A stretch of 64,000 bases of DNA, from positions 14,083-78,082 of the forward strand of contig CAIQUS010000069.1 of the NCBI GenBank assembly GCA_903875045.1, given 5' to 3'. The stretch is from an uncultured Bacteroidales bacterium (GTDB lineage Bacteria; Bacteroidota; Bacteroidia; Bacteroidales; FEN-979). Of this stretch, positions 17,681 to 28,791 are shown piece by piece (within the stretch, counting starts at the first letter, position 1; each line of letters begins with the position of its first letter). The notes under the pieces were generated by a model. That model ran no database searches and was not told where the DNA came from. It was given only the letters and a program-made list of their open reading frames with translations. The translations under genes were made by a program, and so were the position numbers.

Positions 17681-20398
17681 ATGAATAATACAGATATCCG
17701 CCAGGCTTTCCTTGATTTCTTTCAGTCAAAACAACATACCATCGTTCCATCCGCACCCATGGTGGTAAAGAACGACCCGACACTGATGTTTACCAACGCC
17801 GGCATGAACCAGTTTAAAGATATTTTTCTGGGTAACCAGGAAGGTAAACACAAACGGGTGGCCGACACCCAAAAATGTTTGCGTGTTTCCGGTAAACACA
17901 ATGATCTCGAGGAAGTTGGTCATGATACCTATCATCACACCATGTTCGAAATGCTGGGCAACTGGTCGTTCGGTGATTATTTTAAACAAGAGGCCATTGC
18001 ATGGGGATGGGAATTACTCACTGAAGTATTGAAAATTGACAAGGAATGTCTTTATGTGACTGTTTTTGAAGGCGATGACAAGGAGGGTCTGGCCCGTGAC
18101 CATGAAGCATTTGAATTCTGGAAACAGCATATCCCTGAAGAACGGATTCTTCTGGGCTCGAAAAAAGATAACTTCTGGGAGATGGGTGATACCGGCCCGT
18201 GTGGCCCATGTTCTGAAATTCATGCCGATATCCGCGACGAAGCTGAAAAACTCAGGATTCCGGGGAAAGACCTTGTGAACAAAGGTGATCCGCATGTGAT
18301 CGAAATCTGGAACCTGGTATTTATTCAGTTCAACAGAATGGCCAGCGGCCAGCTTGTTGAACTTCCGGCTAAACATGTTGATACAGGGATGGGTTTTGAA
18401 AGGCTTTGCATGGTGATGCAGGGAACAAAATCAAATTACGATACCGATGTATTCCAGCCAATCATCCAGGTAATTGCCCGGAAGGCCGGTGTGAGATATG
18501 GGGATAATAAAAAGTCAGACATTGCCATGCGGGTGATCGCAGACCATCTGCGAGCCATTTCCTTTGCCATTGCCGACGGGCAACTCCCTTCGAATGTCAA
18601 AGCAGGATATGTGATCCGCCGGATTTTACGGAGGGCTGTGCGATATGGTTATGCTTTCCTTGGTTTCAAAGAGCCGTTTATCAATGAATTAATCCCTGTG
18701 CTGATTTCCCAGATGGGACAAGTTTTTCCAGAATTGGTTTCACAAAAAGAATTGATTACCAATGTGATCCGGGAAGAAGAATCGGCATTTCTCAGGACCT
18801 TGGCAACAGGAATTCAGCGATTTAACAGTTATATAGCTACACCCCAACCCCTCCCCAAACAGGGAGAGTCCCTTCCAGGAAACCCTGGCGGAAATACGAC
18901 AGCTCTAGATGCCGCCGAAAATCGTCAATCGTCAATCGTCAATCGTCCATCAGTCATCGATGGCCCCTTCGCCTTCGAACTCTACGACACCTTTGGCTTC
19001 CCCATCGACCTCACAGAACTCATGGCAAGGGAAATTGGCTGGACGGTCGACATGGAAGGTTTTTCAAAAGGCCTTGCTGCTCAGAAGGCCAGATCCCGGC
19101 AGGATGCAGTTGTTGACACCTCCGACTGGGTTACACTGGTTGAGGATGCCGGGATGCCCGAATTTATCGGGTACGATCTTCTCCGGACTGAGACTGTAAT
19201 TACCCGATACCGGAAAGTGGTGAGCAAAGGGGAAGAACTTTTTCACATCGTACTTGCACAGACACCTTTTTATGCCGAGTCGGGCGGACAGGTCGGCGAC
19301 AGAGGATGGTTGGTATCAGGGGATGAAAAAATTGAGATCATTGATACGGTAAAAGAGAACGAACTCATCATTCTGATTGCCAAATCCATGCCTTCAAATC
19401 CTTCTCATCCGGTTGTAGTCATTGTGGACGATGTCAAACGGCGGAACACCGAGAATAATCATTCCGCCACACACCTCATGCATGCAGCCCTGAGGAGCGT
19501 GCTTGGCAACCATGTAGAGCAAAAAGGTTCCCTGGTCGATGAAAACAGGCTTCGTTTCGATTTTACTCACTTTGCCAAGGTGAGCAAGGAGGAAATTGCC
19601 CGTGTTGAGGCAATCGTAAATGAAAAAATCAGGGAGAATATCGTGTTGCAAGAGGAACGTTCCCTCCCGATCGCCGAAGCCAAAGCCCGTGGCGCCATGG
19701 CACTTTTCGGGGAAAAATACGGTAACCATGTTCGTGTAATCACATTTGATCCGGGCTATTCAGTGGAATTGTGCGGAGGAACACACGTTCCGGCGACCGG
19801 ACAGATTGGTCTCTTTAAAATTATTTCAGAAGGAGCCATCGCAGCAGGGATAAGACGCATTGAAGGCATCACCGCAGGGAAAGCTGAAGAATACTGGAAT
19901 TCCCGCGATCTTCTGCTGGGAGAAATCAGTGATTTGTTAAAAAATCCGAAAGAGTTGTTGAAAGGAGTAAATAATTTACTCGAAGAAAACCAGGAGCTCA
20001 AAAAGCAGGTAGCCGAGCTTGGCAAGCTTAAAATACAGCAACTTAAAGCGGAATATGCCGCAAAGGTGCAACACTACAATGGCATCAACTTTTTAACCAT
20101 GAAAGTTGACCTGGATGCAGAAACTGTGAAAAGCCTTGCCTATGAACTGAATGCCTCCATTCCCGATCTTTTTCTCGTTCTGGCTACCGAAGCCGACGGA
20201 AAGGCAACACTTACAGTGATGCTATCTGAAAATCTGGTAAAAGAGCGGAAATTACATGCCGGCAACATCATACGTGAACTGGCGAAGGAGATCCAGGGCG
20301 GTGGTGGCGGACAACCCCACATTGCCACGGCCGGCGGGAAAAACCCGGCCGGGATTCCGGCGGCGCTGGAGAAGGCGAGGGGATTTGTGGCGGGGTAG
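17681..20398 (+). CDS. alaS: Alanine--tRNA ligase with repeat-derived insertion
   Basis: [37 protein letters not shown]1 end. Confidence 0.97.
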   Translation: MNNTDIRQAFLDFFQSKQHTIVPSAPMVVKNDPTLMFTNAGMNQFKDIFLGNQEGKHKRVADTQKCLRVSGKHNDLEEVGHDTYHHTMFEMLGNWSFGDYFKQEAIAWGWELLTEVLKIDKECLYVTVFEGDDKEGLARDHEAFEFWKQHIPEERILLGSKKDNFWEMGDTGPCGPCSEIHADIRDEAEKLRIPGKDLVNKGDPHVIEIWNLVFIQFNRMASGQLVELPAKHVDTGMGFERLCMVMQGTKSNYDTDVFQPIIQVIARKAGVRYGDNKKSDIAMRVIADHLRAISFAIADGQLPSNVKAGYVIRRILRRAVRYGYAFLGFKEPFINELIPVLISQMGQVFPELVSQKELITNVIREEESAFLRTLATGIQRFNSYIATPQPLPKQGESLPGNPGGNTTALDAAENRQSSIVNRPSVIDGPFAFELYDTFGFPIDLTELMAREIGWTVDMEGFSKGLAAQKARSRQDAVVDTSDWVTLVEDAGMPEFIGYDLLRTETVITRYRKVVSKGEELFHIVLAQTPFYAESGGQVGDRGWLVSGDEKIEIIDTVKENELIILIAKSMPSNPSHPVVVIVDDVKRRNTENNHSATHLMHAALRSVLGNHVEQKGSLVDENRLRFDFTHFAKVSKEEIARVEAIVNEKIRENIVLQEERSLPIAEAKARGAMALFGEKYGNHVRVITFDPGYSVELCGGTHVPATGQIGLFKIISEGAIAAGIRRIEGITAGKAEEYWNSRDLLLGEISDLLKNPKELLKGVNNLLEENQELKKQVAELGKLKIQQLKAEYAAKVQHYNGINFLTMKVDLDAETVKSLAYELNASIPDLFLVLATEADGKATLTVMLSENLVKERKLHAGNIIRELAKEIQGGGGGQPHIATAGGKNPAGIPAALEKARGFVAG
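18920..18947 (+). repeat. Heptamer array (AATCGTC)x4, C-form, inside alaS
   Basis: Four perfect aatcgtc units encoding NRQSSIVNR. Confidence 0.92.
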
Positions 20399-20755
20399 GG
20401 TGGTTTACTCACCAGGATGTCAATCGCGCAGGCCTCTCACCGCAAAAGTATTCCACCTGGTCCCCTCATAGGTTCTTTCCTGAAATGCAATTGCATTTTC
20501 ATTTCAAATCATTGCCAGAATATTTCCGGGATGGTACCATAACTTTGCCGGGTTGCCGGTATTTTGGGGACTGGAATGAGGGCTAATGAACGAACCGGAT
20601 ATTTCAGTTTTTTCTTTGTTTTTCCGGTGAAACTGATATTTGAATCAATTTCGACCAATTTGAATCGGATTAGCGGAGCCATAAAGTTTTTATAGCTTAA
20701 TCCGGAAAAATCGAAAAGGTAATACGTTAAAAAGAAAAAGTTATTAACAAAATGA

Positions 20756-21496
20756 TCAAATAACCTTCGCACACATGAACTCCCGGTTCATCCGGGCAAT
20801 GTTTGAGCGGGAAATCAGCTTCGGACATTCAGCTTCGCAGGCATAGGTATTGGTGCAATTACCGAAACCCAGTTCGTCCATCTTTTTCACCATCCTCATC
20901 ACCCGTTGTTTAGCTTCAATCTGTCCCTGGGGTAAAAGGGCAAACTGAGAAACCTTTGCTGAAACAAAAAGCATGGCGGAGGCATTCTTGCAGGCGGCGA
21001 CACAGGCACCACAGCCAATGCAGGAGGCTGCGTCCATGGCCAGTTCCGAATTTTCTTTGCCCACCAGGATGTTGTTGGCTTCGGCAGCGCCACCGGTATT
21101 CACTGAAATATATCCGCCTTCCTGGATGATTTTGTCAAATGCAGAACGATCTACCATCAGATCCTTGATAACCGGGAATGGTTTCGCACGCCAGGGCTCA
21201 ATGACGATGGTATCGCCATCCTTGAATTTCCGCATGTGCAACTGACAGGCTGTTACTGCATCATCAGGGCCATGAGGACGGCCATTGATATATAAACTGC
21301 ACATTCCGCAGATACCTTCCCGGCAATCGTGGTCAAATACCACAGGCTCTTCATTCTTCGCAATCAGTTGTTCATTGAGAATATCCAGCATCTCCAGGAA
21401 AGAACAATTCGGTGAAATGTTGTCAATGGAGTAAGTGACAAATTTTCCGGTGGATTTCGCATCCTTCTGCCTCCAGATTTTCAGCGTCAGTTTCAT
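20756..21496 (-). CDS. sdhB: Succinate dehydrogenase/fumarate reductase Fe-S subunit
   Basis: [31 protein letters not shown]. Confidence 0.95.
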   Translation of the reverse strand: MKLTLKIWRQKDAKSTGKFVTYSIDNISPNCSFLEMLDILNEQLIAKNEEPVVFDHDCREGICGMCSLYINGRPHGPDDAVTACQLHMRKFKDGDTIVIEPWRAKPFPVIKDLMVDRSAFDKIIQEGGYISVNTGGAAEANNILVGKENSELAMDAASCIGCGACVAACKNASAMLFVSAKVSQFALLPQGQIEAKQRVMRMVKKMDELGFGNCTNTYACEAECPKLISRSNIARMNREFMCAKVI

Positions 21497-21513
21497 ATCT
21501 CTAATCTATTTAA

Positions 21514-21563
21514 AATCGTAAATCATCAATCATCAATCGGTAAATCGTAAATCGTAAATCGTA
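21514..21563 (+). repeat. Heptamer array (AATCGTA/AATCATC)x7, C-form
   Basis: aatcgta aatcatc aatcatc aatcggta aatcgta x3; abuts the sdhA stop. Confidence 0.92.
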
Positions 21564-21565
21564 AT

Positions 21566-23503
21566 TTATTTATAAACCCTCTGCTTCACCTCAATCTCCT
21601 CATAAACCAGATCTTCCTTGTGCAACTTGAATTGTCCGTCAGAAATGTATTCCCAGGCAGCCACGTATTTGTAATCATCATCATTGCGTTTGCATTCGCC
21701 TTCTTCCGTTTGGTACTCTTCGCGGAAATGGCCGCCGCAACTTTCATTACGGTTAAGGGCATCGTGCGCCATCAATTCACCCAATTCCATGAAGTCGGCC
21801 ACACGGTTGGCTTTTTCAAGTTCAGGGTTCAACTCGTTCAGTGCTCCGGGGATTTTAACATCTTTCCAGAATTCAACCCTTAATTTGCGAATAAGTTCAA
21901 TGGCTTTTTTCAGGCCGGCTTCGTTGCGTGCCATACCAACATATTCCCACATGATCTTCCCGAGTTCCTTGTGGAACTGGTCAACCGATCTGGTACCTTT
22001 TATCGCCATGAGTTTCTCGAGGCGGGTCTGGACAGCTTTTTCTGCTTCAGCGAATTCAGCTTTATCGGTCGACATCCTGGCCACACGGATTTCTCCGGCA
22101 AGGTAGTTTTGAACAGTGTAGGGCAATACAAAATATCCGTCGGCCAGTCCCTGCATCAAAGCGGAGGCACCCAGCCGATTGGCGCCATGGTCGGAGAAGT
22201 TCGCCTCACCGGCAGCAAACAAACCGGTTACGGTGGTTTGCAGTTCATAATCAACCCAGGTGCCACCCATGGTGTAATGGGCTGCCGGGTAGATCATCAT
22301 CGGGTTTATATAGGGATTTTCATCAACGATCTTTTCATACATCTGGAAAAGGTTGCCATACCGGTCTTCGATCACCTGTTTTCCCAGGCGCCCTATCGAC
22401 TCTTTGAAATCGAGGAATACGGCCAGTCCGGTTTCGCCAACGCCAAAACCGGCATCGCACCGCTCCTTGGCGGCACGGGATGCCACATCGCGGGGTACCA
22501 GGTTTCCAAAAGCAGGATAGCGGCGCTCCAGAAAATAGTCGCGGTTTTCTTCCGCAATATCATTGGCTTTCAGCTTACCGTGGCGGTGGGCTTCAGCGTC
22601 CTCTTTCCTTTTCGGGACCCAGATACGGCCATCGTTCCGCAAACTTTCACTCATCAGGGTAAGTTTCGATTGAAAATCACCATGAACGGGGATGCAGGTT
22701 GGATGAATCTGCGTAAAGCAAGGGTTCCCAAACCAGGCACCTTTCTTGAACATCTGCCAGATGGCGCTGGTATTTGAGCCCATGGCATTGGTTGACAGAT
22801 AAAAAACATTCCCGTAACCACCAGTGGCTACTACCACTGCATGTCCAAAATGACGTTCCAGTTTTCCGGTAATCAGGTCGCGGGCAATGATGCCGCGTGC
22901 TTTCCCGTCAACGAGAACAACATCCATCATTTCGTGGCGATCGTATAGCTTCACCGTTCCCAGTTTGATCTGACGGCTGAGTGCACTATAGGAGCCAAGC
23001 AGCAGTTGCTGTCCGGTTTGTCCGCGGGCATAAAAGGTGCGTGAAACCTGGGCACCGCCAAATGAACGGTTTTCAAGTGATCCGCCGTATTCACGGGCAA
23101 AGGGAACACCCTGTGCAACGCACTGGTCGATGATGGTGTTGCTCACCTCAGCCAGCCGGTATACGTTTGCTTCACGGGCACGGTAATCTCCACCTTTGAT
23201 GGTGTCGTAGAAGAGCCGGTAAATGCTGTCGCCGTCGTTCGGATAGTTCTTGGCAGCGTTGATCCCGCCTTGTGCCGCGATGCTGTGTGCACGGCGTGGT
23301 GAATCCTGGTAACAGAAAATCTTCACATTAAAGCCCATTTCCCCAAGGGAGGCTGCGGCCGCAGATCCTGCCAGGCCGGTTCCAACGATGATAATGTCGA
23401 GTTTGCGCTTATTGCTTGGGTTTACGAGGTTCTGATGGTCTTTGTAATGGGTCCATTTTGAGGTAAGTGAACCTTTGGGAATCTTTGAATTTAATTCAGC
23501 CAT
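21566..23503 (-). CDS. sdhA: Succinate dehydrogenase/fumarate reductase flavoprotein
   Basis: [27 protein letters not shown]; start reassigned to MAELNSKIP. Confidence 0.95.
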   Translation of the reverse strand: MAELNSKIPKGSLTSKWTHYKDHQNLVNPSNKRKLDIIIVGTGLAGSAAAASLGEMGFNVKIFCYQDSPRRAHSIAAQGGINAAKNYPNDGDSIYRLFYDTIKGGDYRAREANVYRLAEVSNTIIDQCVAQGVPFAREYGGSLENRSFGGAQVSRTFYARGQTGQQLLLGSYSALSRQIKLGTVKLYDRHEMMDVVLVDGKARGIIARDLITGKLERHFGHAVVVATGGYGNVFYLSTNAMGSNTSAIWQMFKKGAWFGNPCFTQIHPTCIPVHGDFQSKLTLMSESLRNDGRIWVPKRKEDAEAHRHGKLKANDIAEENRDYFLERRYPAFGNLVPRDVASRAAKERCDAGFGVGETGLAVFLDFKESIGRLGKQVIEDRYGNLFQMYEKIVDENPYINPMMIYPAAHYTMGGTWVDYELQTTVTGLFAAGEANFSDHGANRLGASALMQGLADGYFVLPYTVQNYLAGEIRVARMSTDKAEFAEAEKAVQTRLEKLMAIKGTRSVDQFHKELGKIMWEYVGMARNEAGLKKAIELIRKLRVEFWKDVKIPGALNELNPELEKANRVADFMELGELMAHDALNRNESCGGHFREEYQTEEGECKRNDDDYKYVAAWEYISDGQFKLHKEDLVYEEIEVKQRVYK

Positions 23504-23508
23504 GATGA

Positions 23509-24177
23509 CTAACGGATAAGTAAAAAGTAAATGGGAATGATAATAAAGCCTAATGGAACCACAATGGCATAAACGGTTCCGAACCACTGGATACACGAAT
23601 TATACTGAGGATGGTTAATTCCAAGTGTTTGCCATGCTGCCTGGAAAGCCTGGTTGAGGTGAAAACCAAGCACGATGAACAATATCACGTAGAGCATGGA
23701 ATATACCGGCTGCGCAAACAACTCCTGTGCAATAATATAGAAATTGGGCTCGCCTTCTATAAAATTCGGATTCGACACCCATCCGAGCTTGATGAAATAG
23801 AAATTCATGAAGTGGATGATCAGGAAGATCAGTACGATGCCTCCAGTGTAAATCATGTATTTTGACAGGAACGGAGTGTCGGTTTTATTCGAGACCAGAT
23901 ACCGGACCGGCCGGGCCATCCAGTTTTGTACCTGTAAAATAATCCCAAGGAGGATATGAATAATAAAGCCCCCGAAAAGAACGATTTCAAATACCTTTAC
24001 AATATAGTTCGTTCCCATGAAATGGGCTGCAGCATTGAACCAGACGCCTCCGTCGTCGCGTAACAAACATAAGTTAATTCCGAGGTGGACCACCAGAAAA
24101 ATCATCAGAAACAGACCCAGAAATGCCATCCAGATCTTTTTTGTGATTGAAGAAAATTGTAAAAAAGAGGAATTCAT
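23509..24177 (-). CDS. sdhC: Succinate dehydrogenase/fumarate reductase cytochrome b subunit
   Basis: [17 protein letters not shown], five TM helices; first gene of the sdh operon. Confidence 0.92.
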   Translation of the reverse strand: MNSSFLQFSSITKKIWMAFLGLFLMIFLVVHLGINLCLLRDDGGVWFNAAAHFMGTNYIVKVFEIVLFGGFIIHILLGIILQVQNWMARPVRYLVSNKTDTPFLSKYMIYTGGIVLIFLIIHFMNFYFIKLGWVSNPNFIEGEPNFYIIAQELFAQPVYSMLYVILFIVLGFHLNQAFQAAWQTLGINHPQYNSCIQWFGTVYAIVVPLGFIIIPIYFLLIR

Positions 24178-24283
24178 AACAAGCTTTTAATATATTTGTT
24201 CTTTATTTCACAAAATTAAAACGAAATTATTATCTATAAAGAAATATATCAGTTATTCCCACAATTCTAATCCAGTCTAAATT

Positions 24284-25669
24284 ATGTTCCCAGCAACCGT
24301 TTACAGCGACCGTCGCAAAAAACTCCGCGCTGAACTCTCAGGCGGACTTGTTCTGTTTATTGGCAACCAGGAAGTTCCTTTTAACTATCCTGCAAACACC
24401 TATTCCTTCCGCCAGGATAGTAATTTCTCCTATTTTTTCGGATTGGATCATCCCGATCTGGCAGGTATCATTGATCTTGACGAAGAGATGGATTTTATTT
24501 TCGGAAACGATGTTGACATTGAAGACATCATCTGGATGGGAGTACAGCCGACTATGAAGGATCAGGCTGCCAAAGTTGGAGTGGAGAACACTGCGCCGTT
24601 GACGGGGCTGAATGAAATGATAAAAATTGCACTGGAGAGCGGGCGTATGATTCATTTTGTGCCGCCATACCGCGGAGAAACCATTATATGGCTAAGCGAT
24701 TTATTGCATATTCCCCATCTGGAACTAAAAGAAAAAGCCTCAGAACCACTGATCAGGGCGATTATTAAACTGAGAATGAAGAAAGACCCGATGGAAGTGG
24801 CAGAAATCGAAAAAATGGTCGATGTTGCATATAAGATGCATACAACCGGAATGAAAATGGCAAAACCCGGAGTGGTCGAACGCGAAATTGCCGGAACCAT
24901 TGAAGGGATTGCCCTTTCGCTGGCAGGTCCTGTCTCTTTCCCAGTCATCCTCTCCATCAACGGGCAAACCCTTCACAACCATTATCACGGAAATACTCTT
25001 GTTGAGGGCAGGATGCTGGTCATTGATGCCGGTTGTGAAAATGACCTCCACTATTCAAGCGACATTACCCGAACGGTTCCGGTAGGAGGGAAGTTCAACG
25101 ATCGTCAGAGGGGGATTTACGAAGTGGTGCTGAACGCCAACCTGACGGCTGCAAAAGCCGTGAAACCGGGAGTGCCCTTCAAAGAAATCCACATGCTGGC
25201 CGCTACTGAAATTGCGAAAGGTCTTATCAACCTGGGTATCATGAAGGGTGATCCGACAGAAGCTGCTTTGAAAGGTGCGCATACGCTGTTTTTCCCCCAC
25301 GGATTGGGACATCCGCTCGGGCTTGATGTCCATGACCTCGAAGGACTCGGCGAAAATTTCATCGGATACGATGACGAAGTTCAGCGTAGCCAGGAGTTCG
25401 GACTGGCTTTCCTGCGTTTTGGACGTAAACTCCAGGAAGGATTCGTGATGACCATCGAACCGGGTATCTATTTTATTCCCGAATTGATCGATATATGGAA
25501 AGCCGAGAATAAACTCGCAGAGTTCATCAACTACGATGTGGTAGAGACATATAAAGATTTTGGCGGTATCCGCATCGAAGACGATGTACTTGTTACTGCC
25601 GATGGATACAGGGTGCTGGGTAAACCCATTCCTAAAACAGTGGATGAGATTGAAAAATTAATGCAGTAA
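24284..25669 (+). CDS. Xaa-Pro aminopeptidase (M24B)
   Basis: FRQDSNFSY, SDITRT, HGLGHPLGLDVHD, EPGIY, GGIRIEDD. Confidence 0.93.
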   Translation: MFPATVYSDRRKKLRAELSGGLVLFIGNQEVPFNYPANTYSFRQDSNFSYFFGLDHPDLAGIIDLDEEMDFIFGNDVDIEDIIWMGVQPTMKDQAAKVGVENTAPLTGLNEMIKIALESGRMIHFVPPYRGETIIWLSDLLHIPHLELKEKASEPLIRAIIKLRMKKDPMEVAEIEKMVDVAYKMHTTGMKMAKPGVVEREIAGTIEGIALSLAGPVSFPVILSINGQTLHNHYHGNTLVEGRMLVIDAGCENDLHYSSDITRTVPVGGKFNDRQRGIYEVVLNANLTAAKAVKPGVPFKEIHMLAATEIAKGLINLGIMKGDPTEAALKGAHTLFFPHGLGHPLGLDVHDLEGLGENFIGYDDEVQRSQEFGLAFLRFGRKLQEGFVMTIEPGIYFIPELIDIWKAENKLAEFINYDVVETYKDFGGIRIEDDVLVTADGYRVLGKPIPKTVDEIEKLMQ

Positions 25670-25694
25670 TGCAGGCAATGAAAGCAATGCAGGG
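25660..25694 (+). repeat. Nonamer array (AATGCAGGC)x~4, purine-rich form
   Basis: aatgcagt aatgcaggc aatgaaagc aatgcaggg. Confidence 0.75.
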
Positions 25695-25727
25695 AATCGT
25701 CAATCCGAAATCGTAAATCATCAATCC
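25695..25727 (+). repeat. Heptamer array (AATCGTN)x~5, C-form
   Basis: aatcgtc aatccga aatcgta aatcatc aatcc. Confidence 0.8.
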
Positions 25728-25730
25728 AAT

Positions 25731-26522
25731 ATGTCCGCCATAAAAATCAATAAGAAAAACATCAATTATACCGATGAAGGTATCGGCAAGGTGATCGTCC
25801 TGCTTCACGGGTTTACAGAATCTTTGAAAATATGGGCCGGTTTTTCAACGCAACTTTCAAAAAAGTACCGGGTGATCACAATTGATCTGCCGGGTCATGG
25901 CAAGAGCGACTGCATCGACAAGGTGCATAGCATGGAACTCATGGCCGATGTGGTTTTTACTGTTCTGAAAAGGTTGAAAGTCGGGAAATGCATGATGGTG
26001 GGCCATTCCATGGGAGGATATGTGACCCTGGCCTTTGCCGGAAAATATCCAAAGCTGCTTCGGGGGTTCACTCTTTTTCACTCACATTGTTTCGCTGATA
26101 CCTCAGCTGAGCAGGGAAACCGCGACCGGACCATCGCCATCGTAAACCAGGACAAATTCAGTTATGTGGCACAGTTTATTCCAAGCCTTTTTCCTGCCGA
26201 GGTGCATAAGAAATTTGCAAAGGTGATTGAACGGTTGATTCAACGGGCTTCAAAAATGGAAAAAGAGGGGGTTGTTGCAGCACTTGAAGGGATGAAAATT
26301 CGCAAAGACCAATCGAAACTGCTTAAAAGCACGGAATTGCCAGTTTTGTTTATTCTGGGGTTAAAAGATTCGAGAGTGCCGCCAACCCGCATCTGGGACA
26401 TGATAACCTTGCCAAAAGTGAGCGAAACACTGCTTCTGCGTGATTGCGGGCACATGGGATACATTGAAGCACCGGAAACAACTCTTGAATCCATTCTGGC
26501 ATTTGCAAAAAAAACACTGTAA
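25731..26522 (+). CDS. Alpha/beta hydrolase
   Basis: LLHGF, DLPGHG, GHSMGG, GHMG. Confidence 0.92.
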   Translation: MSAIKINKKNINYTDEGIGKVIVLLHGFTESLKIWAGFSTQLSKKYRVITIDLPGHGKSDCIDKVHSMELMADVVFTVLKRLKVGKCMMVGHSMGGYVTLAFAGKYPKLLRGFTLFHSHCFADTSAEQGNRDRTIAIVNQDKFSYVAQFIPSLFPAEVHKKFAKVIERLIQRASKMEKEGVVAALEGMKIRKDQSKLLKSTELPVLFILGLKDSRVPPTRIWDMITLPKVSETLLLRDCGHMGYIEAPETTLESILAFAKKTL

Positions 26523-26543
26523 ACCAATACTTTGCATGTGGCA

Positions 26544-26564
26544 ACTGTCACGTGTCACCTGTCA
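26544..26564 (+). repeat. Heptamer array (CCTGTCA)x3, C-form; contains the nadD stop
   Basis: actgtca cgtgtca cctgtca; same family as 14630. Confidence 0.75.
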
Positions 26565-27152
26565 CATTCTGTAAAAATGCATCTCCTCCGCATACTTCCA
26601 CACCTTTTCCGGCAGGAAATAACGCATGTTTTTGCCATCACGGATGCCCTTACGGATAAACGAAGATGAAAGGGTGATCAACGGGGCATCAACCTTTGTG
26701 ATGGATGGATGCTGATCGAATGGACTTGCCTTTGTGCCGGGACGGGGATACAGATATATATGGTATTGTCTCAGCAACTCCTCATGGTTTTTCCATTTAT
26801 GAAAAGTTGGCAGGTTATCGCTCCCGGCAATCAGGACAAACTCTTTTCCGGGGAACTTTTCTGAAATATAGGTCAGTGTATCAATTGTATAAGAAGGCTG
26901 AGGAAGTTTGAACTCGATATTAGATGACCGGAACCTGCTATCATCTTCAATGGCCAGGTTAACCATGGTAAGGCGATGGTAATCTGCCAGCAACGATGAT
27001 TTTTCTTTGAGCGGGTTGTGAGGGGATACTACAAACCAAACCTGATCCAGGTCAGTGTACTCTGCCATAAAGGATGCAATCATCAGATGACCTGAGTGAA
27101 TCGGGTTGAAGGAACCGAAGAGGAGTCCGGTTTTGGAAGGGGAGGAGGACAA
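26562..27152 (-). CDS. nadD: Nicotinate-nucleotide adenylyltransferase
   Basis: FGSFNPIHSGH, PSYTIDTL, SSSFIR. Confidence 0.94.
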   Translation of the reverse strand: MSSSPSKTGLLFGSFNPIHSGHLMIASFMAEYTDLDQVWFVVSPHNPLKEKSSLLADYHRLTMVNLAIEDDSRFRSSNIEFKLPQPSYTIDTLTYISEKFPGKEFVLIAGSDNLPTFHKWKNHEELLRQYHIYLYPRPGTKASPFDQHPSITKVDAPLITLSSSFIRKGIRDGKNMRYFLPEKVWKYAEEMHFYRM

Positions 27153-27161
27153 GGGAATCAG

Positions 27162-27200
27162 GATTTACGATTTACGAATTGGGATTTACGATTTACGATT
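27162..27200 (+). repeat. Heptamer array (GATTTAC)x~5, G-form
   Basis: gatttac gatttac gaattgg gatttac gatttac gatt. Confidence 0.88.
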
Positions 27201-27209
27201 GAAATGCAT

Positions 27210-27776
27210 TTAAACCTGTAAAAAGTTGTTGACAAGGATAATGATCTCCCGGCATTTCAGTTCCAGGTTGTCATTGACAATGATGTGATCGAAACGCGTG
27301 GCAAATGTAATTTCGTACGAGGCTTTGTCAATTCTTTTACGTAAGGTTTCTTCCGATTCGCTGCCACGGTTTTTTAACCTTGATTCGAGCTCTTCAATTG
27401 ATGGTGGCTGGATAAAGATTCCGAGCCCTTTTTCACCGAAGTATCTCTTCAAATTGATCGCCCCTAATACATCGACGTCAAAAATAGGTGTTTTACCAAG
27501 TGACCAGATGCGGTTCATTTCCGATTTAAGCGTGCCATAATAACTACCGGGATAAACTTCCTGCCATTCCACAAATTCATCCCGGGCAATTTTTTCTCTG
27601 AAATCATCCCCGGAGATAAAATAGTAATCTTTGGCATGGGTTTCTTCATTGCGTTTAGCTCTGCTACAGGCTGAAATTGAAAATTCCAGATATGGAATTG
27701 CTTTCAGCAGATGCTTTACAATGGTTGTCTTCCCTGCCCCTGAAGGAGCTGAAACAATAATCGCTTTCCCCTGCAT
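27210..27776 (-). CDS. gmk: Guanylate kinase
   Basis: SAPSGAGKTT, EWQEVY..YYGT. Confidence 0.95.
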   Translation of the reverse strand: MQGKAIIVSAPSGAGKTTIVKHLLKAIPYLEFSISACSRAKRNEETHAKDYYFISGDDFREKIARDEFVEWQEVYPGSYYGTLKSEMNRIWSLGKTPIFDVDVLGAINLKRYFGEKGLGIFIQPPSIEELESRLKNRGSESEETLRKRIDKASYEITFATRFDHIIVNDNLELKCREIIILVNNFLQV

Positions 27777-27784
27777 TCCCTTAC

Positions 27785-27811
27785 ATTTTCAAATTTTCAA
27801 ATTTTCAAATT
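27785..27811 (+). repeat. Octamer array (ATTTTCAA)x3, C-form
   Basis: attttcaa x3 + att; abuts the yicC stop. Confidence 0.85.
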
Positions 27812-27813
27812 CC

Positions 27814-28698
27814 TTAAAGAATATTCCCCAACTGCTCTTTAATCTTCTCCAGTTCGTCCTTCATCTGCACAACAATCATCTGAATTTCCGCATCACTGGC
27901 TTTTGATCCGATGGTGTTGATTTCACGGCCCATTTCCTGGGTGACAAATCCAAGCTTCTTTCCTTGTGAAACCGCCTCTTGCAAGGTATCCAGAAAATAC
28001 AGGCAGTGCTTTCTCAATCGTACTTTCTCTTCAGTGATGTCAAGTTTTTCAAGGTAGTAAATAAGTTCCTGTTCGAAACGGTTCTGGTCAGGTAGCGAAC
28101 CGGTAAAGTCGCTGGTGTGTTTTGAGAAATCACGGAGCAAACGTTCCCGCAGGTCGATAATACGTCTCTTCTCAAATGGGTCAATGGAATCAAGCAGTTG
28201 CAGGATGCTGTTTACACGGTTAATCATGTCCTGCTCAAGTACTTTTCCTTCATTTATCCTGAAAGCATCTGTTTGCGCAGTTGCATCATCAATGGCACAG
28301 GAAATGGAATCCCAGTCGTGTTCACTCAATTCGTCCCGGCTTGTTTGCATCACATCAGGCATTTTGAGTACCATCGAAAGCATTTCTGCGGGACATTCCT
28401 CATGAAGTTCAATTGCAAGTTTTTTTAACTCCTCATGGTACTTTTTGGCAAGTGGACGGTTGATAGAATAACTCAGCATTTCACCTGTTACCTCCGTGCC
28501 AATGTAAAAATCAATTTTACCGCGCTCAAAACGCTGTGTAAGCTTTCCCCTGACTTCCCATTCCTTCTCGCGGAAATACCCTGGTATTTTCAGGTTCAGG
28601 TCGAGCTGTTTGCTGTTAAGCGTTTTGATTTCAATGGTGAGTTTTCGTCCGGTAATATCAAGAACCGACTTCCCGTAACCTGTCATGGATTTGATCAT
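27814..28698 (-). CDS. yicC: YicC/YloC family endoribonuclease
   Basis: MIKSMTGYG, KLDITEEKVRL, QEMGREINTIGSK; upstream of gmk. Confidence 0.93.
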   Translation of the reverse strand: MIKSMTGYGKSVLDITGRKLTIEIKTLNSKQLDLNLKIPGYFREKEWEVRGKLTQRFERGKIDFYIGTEVTGEMLSYSINRPLAKKYHEELKKLAIELHEECPAEMLSMVLKMPDVMQTSRDELSEHDWDSISCAIDDATAQTDAFRINEGKVLEQDMINRVNSILQLLDSIDPFEKRRIIDLRERLLRDFSKHTSDFTGSLPDQNRFEQELIYYLEKLDITEEKVRLRKHCLYFLDTLQEAVSQGKKLGFVTQEMGREINTIGSKASDAEIQMIVVQMKDELEKIKEQLGNIL

Positions 28699-28791
28699 GA
28701 GGCTCTTTTTTCAGCAAACTTACGCAAAATTTATCCAATCCGGCTGATGGATGCCACCGGTATTGATTCCTTTTCGTAAATTTGAACTGGA

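Noticed and set aside
21971-22777. Long antisense ORFs (also 32642-33391 and 53739-54389)
   Set aside because: Shadow frames of sdhA, rluD and rpsB with no recognisable motifs.
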